Notes under the pieces: model-generated
Databases searched by the model: none
Told to the model about the DNA's origin: nothing
The model's input: only the letters and a program-made list of their open reading frames with translations
In this document: positions 16,801-25,946 of the stretch, one piece after another
How the letters are laid out: every line of letters begins with the position of its first letter
Numbering within the stretch: the first letter of the stretch is position 1
Position numbers and translations under genes: made by a program
Origin: a virus
Virus record (IMG/VR): IMGVR_UViG_3300029922_000179
DNA: 36,732 nucleotides
Direction: 5' to 3' (one strand)

Positions 16801-18774
16801 TTAATGGCCGGGCCACGCTGCGCGCAGCTCGTATTGCATGTGGAAACCCTGATAAATCTCTCCGGCACTCATCCCGGTCATTGTCATCCCAAGGAAAAAA
16901 CCGTTTGTCTCTATGTCCGTCGCATTAAATGAATACCCAGATCCTATCCACGTGATTACCTGGCTCGACGCATTGGTCCACGTCACAGTCACGTTAGACG
17001 CATTCGTCCATGCAATGGCGTTCGAACTGGCAAATGAAAATGAAGCACTATTTTGGATGACCTCAGTATCGATCGTCCCAGTGACAGCAATAGGGATGGA
17101 AGGATCGATATGCTCGAACCCAAATTTGAGGATTTGTTTTTCTCTTAATGCCGCGCCCATATCCCACAATTTCGTCTTGATGGTTTGGGTAATGGATGCT
17201 GTCTTGTTCGAAAATAATTGATACAGATTTTTTCCATCTGTTCCGAATAAAGTGGGTACGCCGCCGATATAGGCGGTGGTTATGTAGGTCAGATTGTTTC
17301 CCTGGGACGCCAAGAACCATTTTTTATCGTAGTAACAGACGAGCAGAGAACGAAGTCCGGCAACGGGGTCTATGTACTGGACCAAAAAGCAAAGAACCCT
17401 CAACTCGTTGATGAGGCAAACGCCAGAGGAAATATTTTGTGTACCGTTGAGCGCCTGGAAAATCCCATCTAGTTTGTCAGACGTCTTTTGCGTGGTTGCG
17501 CCGTATAACGCCTGAATACCGTATGGTGTGGCGAACCACACAGCCCGATTATAGGCAATGAGAGAATCGGGCGAGGTCGACCCAATATCCGCTGCCACGT
17601 TAGTGTTGGTGAAAATCGTAGATCCAGAAACAACCGATACGCCGGATAAAACATTGACACTGGAGACTCCGAAAATGTACAGGAAATTATTGGCGGATAT
17701 GAGCGATTGCACTGACGAGTGCAATGCCTCATCGGAGATAATGAACGATCCGCCCGCGTCGATGCTGGAGAAATCAGAAAAACTTCCTGGGGCAGAGAAA
17801 ATAATCGTTCTGCCACTTGCCACCCATATCCGATTCGAATAGGCGGCAATAGCGCTCCCCGTAGACGGCACCACACTGAGCGTTGCTGTTATAGCGCCAT
17901 TGGAGCCACCGCCACCGGAAACAGTGACGGTTGGCGGCGTATTTCCATACCCCGTACCTGCATTGGTGATGACCAGGGGTCCAATACCAAAATTCAATGT
18001 GAAAGTAGCACCTGATCCATATCCTCCATTGACCGATGCCGGATTTGCCGGTGAAGCCGTATAGTTTCCTGTAGTGGTTATGTTGAATCCAGTGATTGCC
18101 CCGGTACTGGCATTGACAGCAGACACTGTTAGTGTCGCCCTTACTGTCTGCGTACCACCTGAAATCGTCAACACATCATTGACAGCATATCCAGTTCCGG
18201 CAGCCGACAAGGTCGCCAGCCCGAGCTGAATTCCGCTAGTGGCCGTGGCCGTCGTTCCGCTTACAGGGGCTGATAGAGTGATCGTAGGCGAGCTCGTATA
18301 GCCGGTGCCAATGGCCGTTATTGTCAACGTCTGAACAATGCCATTCCAATTGGTGAGCGTCGTTCCGTTCCAAGAAAAATAGCCTTTTACCGGATCTACG
18401 ATGACGATCTGTATATTCTCCCACTGCGTAATGGTAGCTCCAGACGCGGAGAATGTCGCACCCGGTGCAAACTTGGTCACGGAATAATTTGTCAAGTTGA
18501 CCTGATATCCGGCCCCGTCCGTCGTCAGGACGTAATCGTAGTCGACATTATTGAGATTTTCAGATTGTTGAAGATAGGCGATGCTGGGCGACCACGTCGC
18601 CAAAACGGCGCTCACATTAGGGACGGCAACGAGATTACCATGACCGATAGGGATAACGTTTTCGATCCAGGCGAATTCATTATCTTCGATCGTAGTGCGA
18701 GACGATTGCGTGTTGATCCCAGAAAAATCTCGGAAACTATGGTCCTTCTTTTGACCTTCTTTGCCGGTGGACAT
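16801..18774 (-). CDS. Large tail / virion structural protein (657 aa) carrying the same repeat modules
   Basis: GGAGGT SD. AIGTGYTSSPTITL..., AAGTGYAVNDVLTISGG..., NAGTGYGNTPPTVTVSGGGGSNGAITATL. Confidence 0.55.
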   Translation of the reverse strand: MSTGKEGQKKDHSFRDFSGINTQSSRTTIEDNEFAWIENVIPIGHGNLVAVPNVSAVLATWSPSIAYLQQSENLNNVDYDYVLTTDGAGYQVNLTNYSVTKFAPGATFSASGATITQWENIQIVIVDPVKGYFSWNGTTLTNWNGIVQTLTITAIGTGYTSSPTITLSAPVSGTTATATSGIQLGLATLSAAGTGYAVNDVLTISGGTQTVRATLTVSAVNASTGAITGFNITTTGNYTASPANPASVNGGYGSGATFTLNFGIGPLVITNAGTGYGNTPPTVTVSGGGGSNGAITATLSVVPSTGSAIAAYSNRIWVASGRTIIFSAPGSFSDFSSIDAGGSFIISDEALHSSVQSLISANNFLYIFGVSSVNVLSGVSVVSGSTIFTNTNVAADIGSTSPDSLIAYNRAVWFATPYGIQALYGATTQKTSDKLDGIFQALNGTQNISSGVCLINELRVLCFLVQYIDPVAGLRSLLVCYYDKKWFLASQGNNLTYITTAYIGGVPTLFGTDGKNLYQLFSNKTASITQTIKTKLWDMGAALREKQILKFGFEHIDPSIPIAVTGTIDTEVIQNSASFSFASSNAIAWTNASNVTVTWTNASSQVITWIGSGYSFNATDIETNGFFLGMTMTGMSAGEIYQGFHMQYELRAAWPGH

Positions 18775-18791
18775 GACTTACCTCCATCGGA

Positions 18792-19637
18792 TTATTGATT
18801 GGAATACGCGGAAGGAATGCGGCGCGTAAAGGTGGAATGCAGAGCGAATTTCACTTTTCCCTGATACTGATCCAAGAACAGTTTTGATTCGTTATAGGAC
18901 TGCTCTTTTAATTTGGCCTTGTGCGCGGCGTAATAAGCGACCGCAGAAGTGTACGGGTACAAAATATTATCCGAATCGGTTGCATTTACTAGAACATTTG
19001 GAAGAACAACGGTATCCCATTCCGACGCATAGGCTTGATCTGGAATCGGTCCGAGATATACGCGGCTTTGTCCGTACACAGAAAAGGCGGCCGGGCGAGA
19101 AACCAATGCATTCCAGACTCGCAGCCTGGAGTTGAATTCAGTGAACGACATATAGTTGAGCATGACCCGCATCGTTCCCCAGATGACGGATACATTGAGG
19201 ACATCAATCGTCGTGGCGTTTAGTGCGCTAGCCAAGGCCGTAGCGCCCGTGCCACCACCACCGGTAATCGACACGGTAGGGGCCGTATAGCCGCTGCCGC
19301 CTGCCGTAATGGCGATGGCAGTAACAACTCCGCTAGTGAGCGTGGCGACGGCCGTAGCGCCCGTCCCGGTGGAGTCTGTGATAGTCACGGTCGGCACGCT
19401 GGTGTAACCGGTGCCGCCTGCCGTGACCAGGAACCCCGTCACCGATCCATACGAATAGGATTCGAGATTCGCAGAAAGATAGATCGTCTGAAGAGTTCGG
19501 GAACACCCAGTATCCCCGACGAGCGTATTTCGTGCATCGTTGATGTAGTCGGTCAACTCCGATTGCGACCAGTATAGATTGTTCGCATCATGGAGTAGTC
19601 GCTGGGTTTCCGTCAGATACTGCGCCAATGTTGGCAT
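18792..19637 (-). CDS. Virion structural protein (281 aa) with two of the repeat modules
   Basis: TAGGTGYTSVPTVTITDSTGTGATAVATL...[28 protein letters not shown]. Confidence 0.55.
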   Translation of the reverse strand: MPTLAQYLTETQRLLHDANNLYWSQSELTDYINDARNTLVGDTGCSRTLQTIYLSANLESYSYGSVTGFLVTAGGTGYTSVPTVTITDSTGTGATAVATLTSGVVTAIAITAGGSGYTAPTVSITGGGGTGATALASALNATTIDVLNVSVIWGTMRVMLNYMSFTEFNSRLRVWNALVSRPAAFSVYGQSRVYLGPIPDQAYASEWDTVVLPNVLVNATDSDNILYPYTSAVAYYAAHKAKLKEQSYNESKLFLDQYQGKVKFALHSTFTRRIPSAYSNQ

Positions 19638-19653
19638 AATTTACCCCTCGCGC

Positions 19654-20052
19654 TCAGGCAGGGGCAAGTCTGCGAGTCAATGTGGGCCGAGTATTTTTAG
19701 GCAGGGTGGCGGACGATGCTTCGTGCGAGCCGTCAGTCTCGCCTTCCCCATCATCCGCCGATTGCAGGTGGGCTGCCCCCTGCGCATTGAGGGCGAGGTC
19801 GTCCTGCGGACCAAGATCGATTTCCTCGAATGCGAAATTATTCAAAATCAGCATTCCAGCATCGAATTCTTGCGAGTGACGCGCCCACCCTTGTCTTGAT
19901 AAGTACGGCATCTTGTTAGGATTGCCAATACCAAAAAAATGTTGCGCCACAACTACCGGGCAACGGACCGTTTTTCCTGCTGGAAAAGTGTAATCTTCCC
20001 CATCGTAACGGTCGGTCAAATCAAACGTGTTGTTGTTTGTGATTTTCAGCAT
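19654..20052 (-). CDS. Hypothetical head/neck-module protein (132 aa)
   Basis: ORF track. Called on operon position. Confidence 0.5.
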   Translation of the reverse strand: MLKITNNNTFDLTDRYDGEDYTFPAGKTVRCPVVVAQHFFGIGNPNKMPYLSRQGWARHSQEFDAGMLILNNFAFEEIDLGPQDDLALNAQGAAHLQSADDGEGETDGSHEASSATLPKNTRPTLTRRLAPA

Positions 20053-20069
20053 GTCAGCCCCATGTGAAA

Positions 20070-21251
20070 TTAAATTGCGCCTAGATAGGCGACGTCACTG
20101 ACGCCACCTACAGCGACAGTAAAGGTAGCACCTGTCGTTGGTATGTTACCACCACCAGCGACAGCGACAAGGCCGGGGATCAATTGATACCCCATGCCAG
20201 CATCCTGAATAACCAGACCGGTCGCAGTCACTGCGCCACCGGCCGTCGAAGTACCCGTTATATACGGTTGTCTAGGGGTTGTCAGATTGGTTTCTAGCGA
20301 TGGATTGGTATAAATTGGCGCAGTCGTCACCAAGCCACCATTGGCTAGCAGAGTGAAAGGTTGTGCGTTACCGTATGCTGCACCACCAGCCGAAACGGTT
20401 GGCGCAGTCAGTGCGAAATTCATGACCACAGTCGCCGTAGGCGAGCCACCTGGGGTCGTGATCGTTAGCGTTGGTACGGCCGTACGGACCGTGCCAGGAC
20501 TTGCCATAACCACACCGGTCACCGCAGTCGAGTTGCCGATGGTGGCAGTAATAATGCCGCCATTACCGGTGATGTCACCAGCTACGTTGACAACTAATAC
20601 GGTCGGTGCCGCGACATAACCTGCGCCTTGGTTTGTTACTGTCACCGCATTGATTGCACCGGCAGAAATGGTGCAAGTCATGGTTGCGGGGATGTATGGC
20701 GTCGATCCTTGGTTCGCTGGAGGCATCACCACCAAGACCGGTGCCACGGTATAGAGCGTACCGCCAGCGGTGATAGTGGGGCTACTTTGCACAGCGCCAC
20801 CGACCCAGAAGTTCCATGTAGAACCACCGGCAGAAGCCACGCAGGTGTAGGCAGAATTCGGGGCGATGCCGTTTGTTGTTGCGGCAGGATAGAATCCGGC
20901 AACATTCGAAGCATTGGCACCACCAGCAGTTACAATCGCGCCAACAGGGCAGCCGGACAAATTGGCGAGTCGATAGTTTGCACCATCGGAAGACAGCATA
21001 TGCGGACCATAGCCAGCGCGCAGATTACGCCAGATGGCAACAGCCGTGTCGTAATACTGGATGCAGGTGTAGAGGCCCTGTGTGACGATGTACTGACCTT
21101 GTGGGATCAGGTAGGTCTCGGCAGGTGGCAAAGCGATAGGCAATTGATTGCCATAAAGCTGCTGGATGTTTTGCGTGGTGGAATTCTGGCCGAGATTGAT
21201 ATTCGACGGCAGAGGCGCGATGCCAGGAAATCCGATTTTGTTCATACCCAT
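20070..21251 (-). CDS. Capsid-associated structural protein (393 aa; decoration-like, repeat-module related)
   Basis: Immediately downstream of the capsid gene. GGAGA SD. NQGAGYVAAPTVLVVNVAGDITGNGGIITATI. Confidence 0.5.
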   Translation of the reverse strand: MGMNKIGFPGIAPLPSNINLGQNSTTQNIQQLYGNQLPIALPPAETYLIPQGQYIVTQGLYTCIQYYDTAVAIWRNLRAGYGPHMLSSDGANYRLANLSGCPVGAIVTAGGANASNVAGFYPAATTNGIAPNSAYTCVASAGGSTWNFWVGGAVQSSPTITAGGTLYTVAPVLVVMPPANQGSTPYIPATMTCTISAGAINAVTVTNQGAGYVAAPTVLVVNVAGDITGNGGIITATIGNSTAVTGVVMASPGTVRTAVPTLTITTPGGSPTATVVMNFALTAPTVSAGGAAYGNAQPFTLLANGGLVTTAPIYTNPSLETNLTTPRQPYITGTSTAGGAVTATGLVIQDAGMGYQLIPGLVAVAGGGNIPTTGATFTVAVGGVSDVAYLGAI

Positions 21252-21263
21252 AATATTCTCCGA

Positions 21264-22271
21264 TTAAAGGCTAAGCGAGTTGTAACCACTCACCCGGCCC
21301 ATCGCTTTAGGCTTGGTGCATACCAATTCAGCGATGGTCAACAGCACGCCGACGTAACCCAACTGCCAATTCGACAGTGTGGATTCGAAGCCAGTAAAGG
21401 CAAACGAGGCCTGTTCGTGAATGTACAAATTCATGTAATTCGTGTTCGGCAGGTACAAAATACCTTCCGGGCAGTACGGATCTGGATAGATCGGAACACC
21501 TGCCACCATCAGAGCAGTGAAGGCGCTACGCGGGCCGCCCGGATCGCCATCGAAAGAACTATTTGGAGTAACTTGGTAATTTTCTTGACCGACGAAGTCT
21601 TGCGCCAAGAGAGCCCATGTTCCCATACCCATCAGGCCAAAGGTTGGTTTTTCTGCGGAGTTTTTGGTGACGCCAACGATGTACTGGAGCACATTTTGAC
21701 GCGTCGGATTGACCGATCCCGCCGCATATACCTTGGACTTCCAATAGGTGGAGGTATTACGGTTGATGTTGCCGTAAGTGACCAAGTTGGTTCCGTCGTC
21801 GATGGCGCCCGGCAGGCCGATGAATTGCTGGTTGTTGCTGGTGTTGTTGTACAGCGCCGTCGACATCAGATCGCACATGACGTTAGAGGCGTCATTCATA
21901 CGGGCTTCGATCAGCGGAATCACCGCATAGTCAAGCTGCACCGCTGCTTCCATGCCAAGGAATGGGATCGGCACCATCAACAGTTTCAGGTCGAATTCCG
22001 ACAGGAATGCGCCTTGTTGCACGCCAGGCTGAGAAAACGCGCCGGAGTAATCCGACCATTGCCCATTGACGAACTGAGCGCCTTGCACCGGCACCGAAAC
22101 GCTGGATACGCCACCGGAGGCAGGCTGAGAATTGGCAATCAACGCCGCAAGCAGCGGAGTCGAGTTATAGAGTTGCACCACCAGCTTAGGTACAAATGCA
22201 CGGCGAGTGACCGCCGTAAGCTCTGAGGCGGTCGCGCCGCTCGGGATTATGCCTTGACCTAGGACTGCCAT
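21264..22271 (-). CDS. Major capsid protein
   Basis: 335 aa, AGGAG SD, sits directly after the scaffold-like gene. No family signature was verified. Confidence 0.6.
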   Translation of the reverse strand: MAVLGQGIIPSGATASELTAVTRRAFVPKLVVQLYNSTPLLAALIANSQPASGGVSSVSVPVQGAQFVNGQWSDYSGAFSQPGVQQGAFLSEFDLKLLMVPIPFLGMEAAVQLDYAVIPLIEARMNDASNVMCDLMSTALYNNTSNNQQFIGLPGAIDDGTNLVTYGNINRNTSTYWKSKVYAAGSVNPTRQNVLQYIVGVTKNSAEKPTFGLMGMGTWALLAQDFVGQENYQVTPNSSFDGDPGGPRSAFTALMVAGVPIYPDPYCPEGILYLPNTNYMNLYIHEQASFAFTGFESTLSNWQLGYVGVLLTIAELVCTKPKAMGRVSGYNSLSL

Positions 22272-22286
22272 GGTGTGCTCCTATCT

Positions 22287-22820
22287 TTAAGAGAATTTAA
22301 TCTGACCGGCCTTGATTTCATCGATGGCCTTGGATGCGGCATTGCGCGCCCAGTCGTTAATGTTTCCGTTGAATGGCTTTAAGTCCATCGCGGGCATGTG
22401 GTTGACGCGGTTTCCGGCTAACGTGCTCGCCGGTGTTGGAATTGCCGACTTTTGCTGCATTTTGTAGAATTCTGCGGCCGTTTCGTGGTCTGGGATCTTC
22501 TTTTCCAGCATCAGCTTTTCGATTTCAGGAATATCCTTCTTCGAAACGCCATTTTCGATCAGCGATTGGCGTTTTGCCAGGATCGAATTTTGAATTTTCA
22601 TCTGCTCATTTTCGCGCTCAAGGGCGCCTAAACGGGCCAATCCGGCCTGAAAATGGGTGTTAATTTGGTTCGGGATGTCAATTTCTGGGATGTGCGTGCC
22701 TGGATTGGCCTTTTTGGTCAAATTCAGGAACCCCATACGCGTAGCCGGATTGGATGCCAAGGACTGGGCCAATTCTGCCAATGCGGCGATTTCTTCTGCT
22801 GATTTACCTTCGAGCGACAT
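22287..22820 (-). CDS. Scaffolding-like protein
   Basis: 177 aa, helical and charged, immediately upstream of the capsid gene. AGGAGA SD. Confidence 0.5.
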   Translation of the reverse strand: MSLEGKSAEEIAALAELAQSLASNPATRMGFLNLTKKANPGTHIPEIDIPNQINTHFQAGLARLGALERENEQMKIQNSILAKRQSLIENGVSKKDIPEIEKLMLEKKIPDHETAAEFYKMQQKSAIPTPASTLAGNRVNHMPAMDLKPFNGNINDWARNAASKAIDEIKAGQIKFS

Positions 22821-22850
22821 GATTTTTCTCCTGACGGTGAGATGGTTGAA

Positions 22851-23030
22851 TTAGCGAGTGCCGCCAGGCTTTTTCAAGCTCATGTCGTTGCGGCTAATGG
22901 AATTACCCAGCTTCATTTGGCCCACTTCAGGCAAACGAGGTGGATTGACCATCGCACCATGCACACGCTTGTCCGACAGCGGCTGACGGATCGGCGCATT
23001 CTTTGGCTTGAACAATGTGTTTTCAGACAT
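22851..23030 (-). CDS. Small basic protein (59 aa; below the ORF-track cutoff)
   Basis: Hand translation gives MSENTLFKPKNAPIRQPLSDKRVHGAMVNPPRLPEVGQMKLGNSISRNDMSLKKPGGTR. AGGAGC lies 4 nt upstream of the ATG. Confidence 0.5.
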   Translation of the reverse strand: MSENTLFKPKNAPIRQPLSDKRVHGAMVNPPRLPEVGQMKLGNSISRNDMSLKKPGGTR

Positions 23031-23038
23031 GATAGCTC

Positions 23039-23497
23039 CTACATAGCGCCGGGAGGTTTTGGCCCGGCAGGTTGTTGTAACGCTTTTTGCATCGGGCTTG
23101 CTCCACCCGCCTGCGGTAAATTTTGCATCAATTGCATTAGTTCAGCCGGGACTAGATCTTGCGATTTATTGCGCGCCGCGCCAAATTTTCCACTCATTTT
23201 ACGCAAAACATCAAGAATTGTCTGACCTTCTTCCGATTCCGAGCCGAGCGCTGGCAGACTTTGCTCTAAAAGATCCATCGCCAGTGACACATTGATCAGC
23301 GCATTTTGCTTGTCGCCAGCTTTAGGCTGTGGCGTCGACATCGGCGCAGATACAGGCATGGCGCCGCCAGGCGCGCCAGCGCCAGCAGCACCAGGCATAC
23401 CCGGAATACCAGCAGGTGCTCCGGGCGCAGGAGGGGCAGCAGACTTTCCGGCACCGCCAGCAACCAAATTCATCAATTCAGGCGGCATATCAGGCAT
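23039..23497 (-). CDS. Pro/Ala/Gly-rich head-module protein (152 aa)
   Basis: ORF track. Low-complexity N-terminal half and helical C-terminal half. Confidence 0.5.
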   Translation of the reverse strand: MPDMPPELMNLVAGGAGKSAAPPAPGAPAGIPGMPGAAGAGAPGGAMPVSAPMSTPQPKAGDKQNALINVSLAMDLLEQSLPALGSESEEGQTILDVLRKMSGKFGAARNKSQDLVPAELMQLMQNLPQAGGASPMQKALQQPAGPKPPGAM

Positions 23498-23562
23498 TAG
23501 GACATCCCATTAATAACGATGAACACCATCGCGCCAGCAAGGTAGAGGTACAGAAAACTCAT
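23497..23562 (-). CDS. 21-aa hydrophobic micro-ORF (MSFLYLYLAGAMVFIVINGMS)
   Basis: Its ATG overlaps the upstream stop (ATGA) and its TAA overlaps the downstream ATG (TAATG), so it exactly fills the gap between two genes. Confidence 0.3.
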   Translation of the reverse strand: MSFLYLYLAGAMVFIVINGMS

Positions 23563-24014
23563 GGCAACGTATCTCCCCACAGATAAACATCAACGGTTGC
23601 GGCCGCGCCCTGCGCAGTGCCTACGCGGAAATACAACACATTAGCTTGAGTCGTTTGGTTTAACACCACCGCCTGCGTCGCCAATGTCATATCCAGGTTG
23701 ACGGTCGAGGAGGTCAGAGAAGAAAGAGCTGCGGACGTGACAAGCGTCGTGCCTGTACCACCGGCCGCAGTAAAAACGCCTGCGGTAGCAGTCGTCAGGG
23801 AGATCGAAGCATTGTTGAGCTGAACGCCACGGAGAACAAAGTTCGATCCGGGCAGAAGGAATAGGGGTATTGCAATATCGGTGTTGGTCTGATTAACGTT
23901 CACGCCTAGCATGACGCCAACGACTCTGCGGATTCCACACGTTTTCGCATCAAAGCAAAAAACTTGCTCTCTCGCATTTGCAACTGCGTTACCGCCGTAA
24001 GCGACTGGATTCAT
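23559..24014 (-). CDS. Head-module structural protein (151 aa)
   Basis: ORF track. Beta-rich Thr/Val/Ala/Asn composition. Confidence 0.5.
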   Translation of the reverse strand: MNPVAYGGNAVANAREQVFCFDAKTCGIRRVVGVMLGVNVNQTNTDIAIPLFLLPGSNFVLRGVQLNNASISLTTATAGVFTAAGGTGTTLVTSAALSSLTSSTVNLDMTLATQAVVLNQTTQANVLYFRVGTAQGAAATVDVYLWGDTLP

Positions 24015-24107
24015 TTGTCGGACTCCACATTAATTTCATGAATGCTATACCAATACCGTATAGAAATCAATTAATCTAATCAAAAGAGTCTGACGCCTCT
24101 TTCTTGA

Positions 24108-24149
24108 TTACTTGCGACCTTTACGGCCTTTGCGCTTGCCTCGTGCCAT
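24108..24149 (-). CDS. 13-aa hyper-basic micro-ORF (MARGKRKGRKGRK)
   Basis: ATGGAGGGCATC precedes the ATG (GGAGG SD, 5-nt spacer). Stop is TAA. Confidence 0.4.
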   Translation of the reverse strand: MARGKRKGRKGRK

Positions 24150-24194
24150 GATGCCCTCCATATCGATTGAGATTGGTAAAAATTTCACACCCGA

Positions 24195-24236
24195 TTAACG
24201 GCCGTGCTTACGACCTTTCTTGCGACCTTTACGCAT
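24195..24236 (-). CDS. 13-aa hyper-basic micro-ORF (MRKGRKKGRKHGR)
   Basis: ATGGAGGATACT precedes the ATG (GGAGGA SD). Stop is TAA. A paralogue-like twin lies 87 nt downstream. Confidence 0.4.
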   Translation of the reverse strand: MRKGRKKGRKHGR

Positions 24237-24302
24237 AGTATCCTCCATAGTAGGAAACGGCCACCGTTTTATAGGCAGGCAGCCAACACCTTCCGTGCGA
24301 AT

Positions 24303-25946
24303 TTATTTTACCTGCTTTAATCCGGCGGCGCCACTATGTTTTGCTTGCTCCATTTGCAACTCTTGCTGCGCCTTTGCTTTGGAGGCAGCCGCCTCCTTCT
24401 CCTCCATATTTTTCAGACGGCGCAATAGGACCTCCTTCATCGGCGGGTCGACCATCTCCAGGTAGCTCTCCCTGTCTATCGCCTTAGCCTTCAGCAATTC
24501 CGCTGCGATGGCTTTTTGATCTTCCACGAAGAGCGGACTATTGCTGTGTCCGTCCACTTTCACAACGCTATCGTCAGGGAACTGGTTGGCGATGAACGTC
24601 ACGCCGTCCTCATCTTTGTACTTTCGATCGTCGTAGACGCGCTTGGCCTTGAGGTACAGCGTAGCCATTTTCTCCAGAGCGTCCTCAATAATCAGGGCGC
24701 GTTTTTTGATGCGCGCCGAGCCAAGCCGGGCTAATTCCGACGTCTGACGTCCAGAACGCACGCCAGATTCGCCCTTGCCTTGCAGAAGATTTTGCAGGCC
24801 GGAGCGCTCTGCGAACATCTCATCAATTTGAGACAGTTCGGAAAAAATGTCACTTGGCATGGTGGGCGGCAACTCTTGAAATTTTCCCATAGGATCGTTG
24901 ACGGACAGATATGATCCTGCCATGCCAAACCCATAGAGTTTTTCATCTTGGATGCCGGAGCCGGTGTACACCTTGGGCGGAGAAACCTGTTTGTCGAGTA
25001 ATTTTCGCATCTGGGCGACACGCTCATTACGCCATTTTTGTAGTCCAACCAGACCAAACACTTCCGACATGCCCCAGTAGTAGCCGTACATCGGGTTAGG
25101 GCAAATTTGCACGAATGGATTTTCGCCGTCGACAAAGAAGTTTTTGCGATCGTAGATCGTCACGCGGTTGTCCGCGCGCGTGATTACTCGGTAATCGTTG
25201 ATTTCGTCATCCCAGATCCAGAGCTCTTGCATTTCCACCAGTTCCTCATCGACCTGCGGTGCCATCTGGTATCGTGCGCCGAAATTCAGATCAACATTAC
25301 CTTGGATATTGGGCATGCTGTTGACCAGGATGATGCGATCGAGGCCGGTATTTTCAGTGGAAAGGTCTTTCTTCTCTGGCTGAATACTTGCCAATATCTT
25401 TTCGATGTTAGGATGATTGATAAGGTCGTTGCGCAACTGCGAGCGCGTGGTGTAATAGCAGTGCACCATCGCCTCCTGCCGGTCGGTGAACGACATGTCT
25501 TCTCGAAACACGCCGAACATATGGGGTTCTACCACAAAAGGGTGGATATCTTTGCCGCGCATGACCAGCTTGATCATGACGGTATTGTAGACAAGCGCCC
25601 AGGTTAGGCCCTGCATGAACACCATGTCGGCGCCGCTATTCAACCACTCGGTATTGATCGCCTTAGACAGCGGCGGTATTTTCTTCCATTCATCCTCATG
25701 CACCTCCGGCCCGACGTGGATAGTGAAGTTGGTCGTTTCCGAAGAAAACAGGAAGGAGGTCAGCAGATCGACGGTCGGATATATTTTGTTGTACGGCGTT
25801 TCTGCCTCATCCGGCCCGGCGCCGTGCAGGAAATATCCCCGATAGGAAGCGTAATCGCGCGCGCGTTCCTCCCGAGAAAACAGACATTTACTGATAATTT
25901 CCTCAATGAACCGCTCACGCTCGACATCTTCCTTGGGAATTTTCAT
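24303..25946 (-). CDS. Portal protein
   Basis: 547 aa. Position between terminase and the head genes. ATGA overlap with the upstream gene. Family not verified. Confidence 0.6.
   Translation of the reverse strand: MKIPKEDVERERFIEEIISKCLFSREERARDYASYRGYFLHGAGPDEAETPYNKIYPTVDLLTSFLFSSETTNFTIHVGPEVHEDEWKKIPPLSKAINTEWLNSGADMVFMQGLTWALVYNTVMIKLVMRGKDIHPFVVEPHMFGVFREDMSFTDRQEAMVHCYYTTRSQLRNDLINHPNIEKILASIQPEKKDLSTENTGLDRIILVNSMPNIQGNVDLNFGARYQMAPQVDEELVEMQELWIWDDEINDYRVITRADNRVTIYDRKNFFVDGENPFVQICPNPMYGYYWGMSEVFGLVGLQKWRNERVAQMRKLLDKQVSPPKVYTGSGIQDEKLYGFGMAGSYLSVNDPMGKFQELPPTMPSDIFSELSQIDEMFAERSGLQNLLQGKGESGVRSGRQTSELARLGSARIKKRALIIEDALEKMATLYLKAKRVYDDRKYKDEDGVTFIANQFPDDSVVKVDGHSNSPLFVEDQKAIAAELLKAKAIDRESYLEMVDPPMKEVLLRRLKNMEEKEAAASKAKAQQELQMEQAKHSGAAGLKQVK

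Noticed and set aside
20628-22226. 532-aa plus-strand ORF, the longest plus-strand ORF in the late region
   Set aside because: It is antisense to the capsid and capsid-associated genes, has Arg/His/Cys-rich nonsense-like composition and no SD. It is a typical shadow ORF of GC-rich third positions. The same applies to 8575..9021, 11524..12150, 12858..13595, 25107..25607 and similar plus-strand ORFs inside the minus-strand operon.
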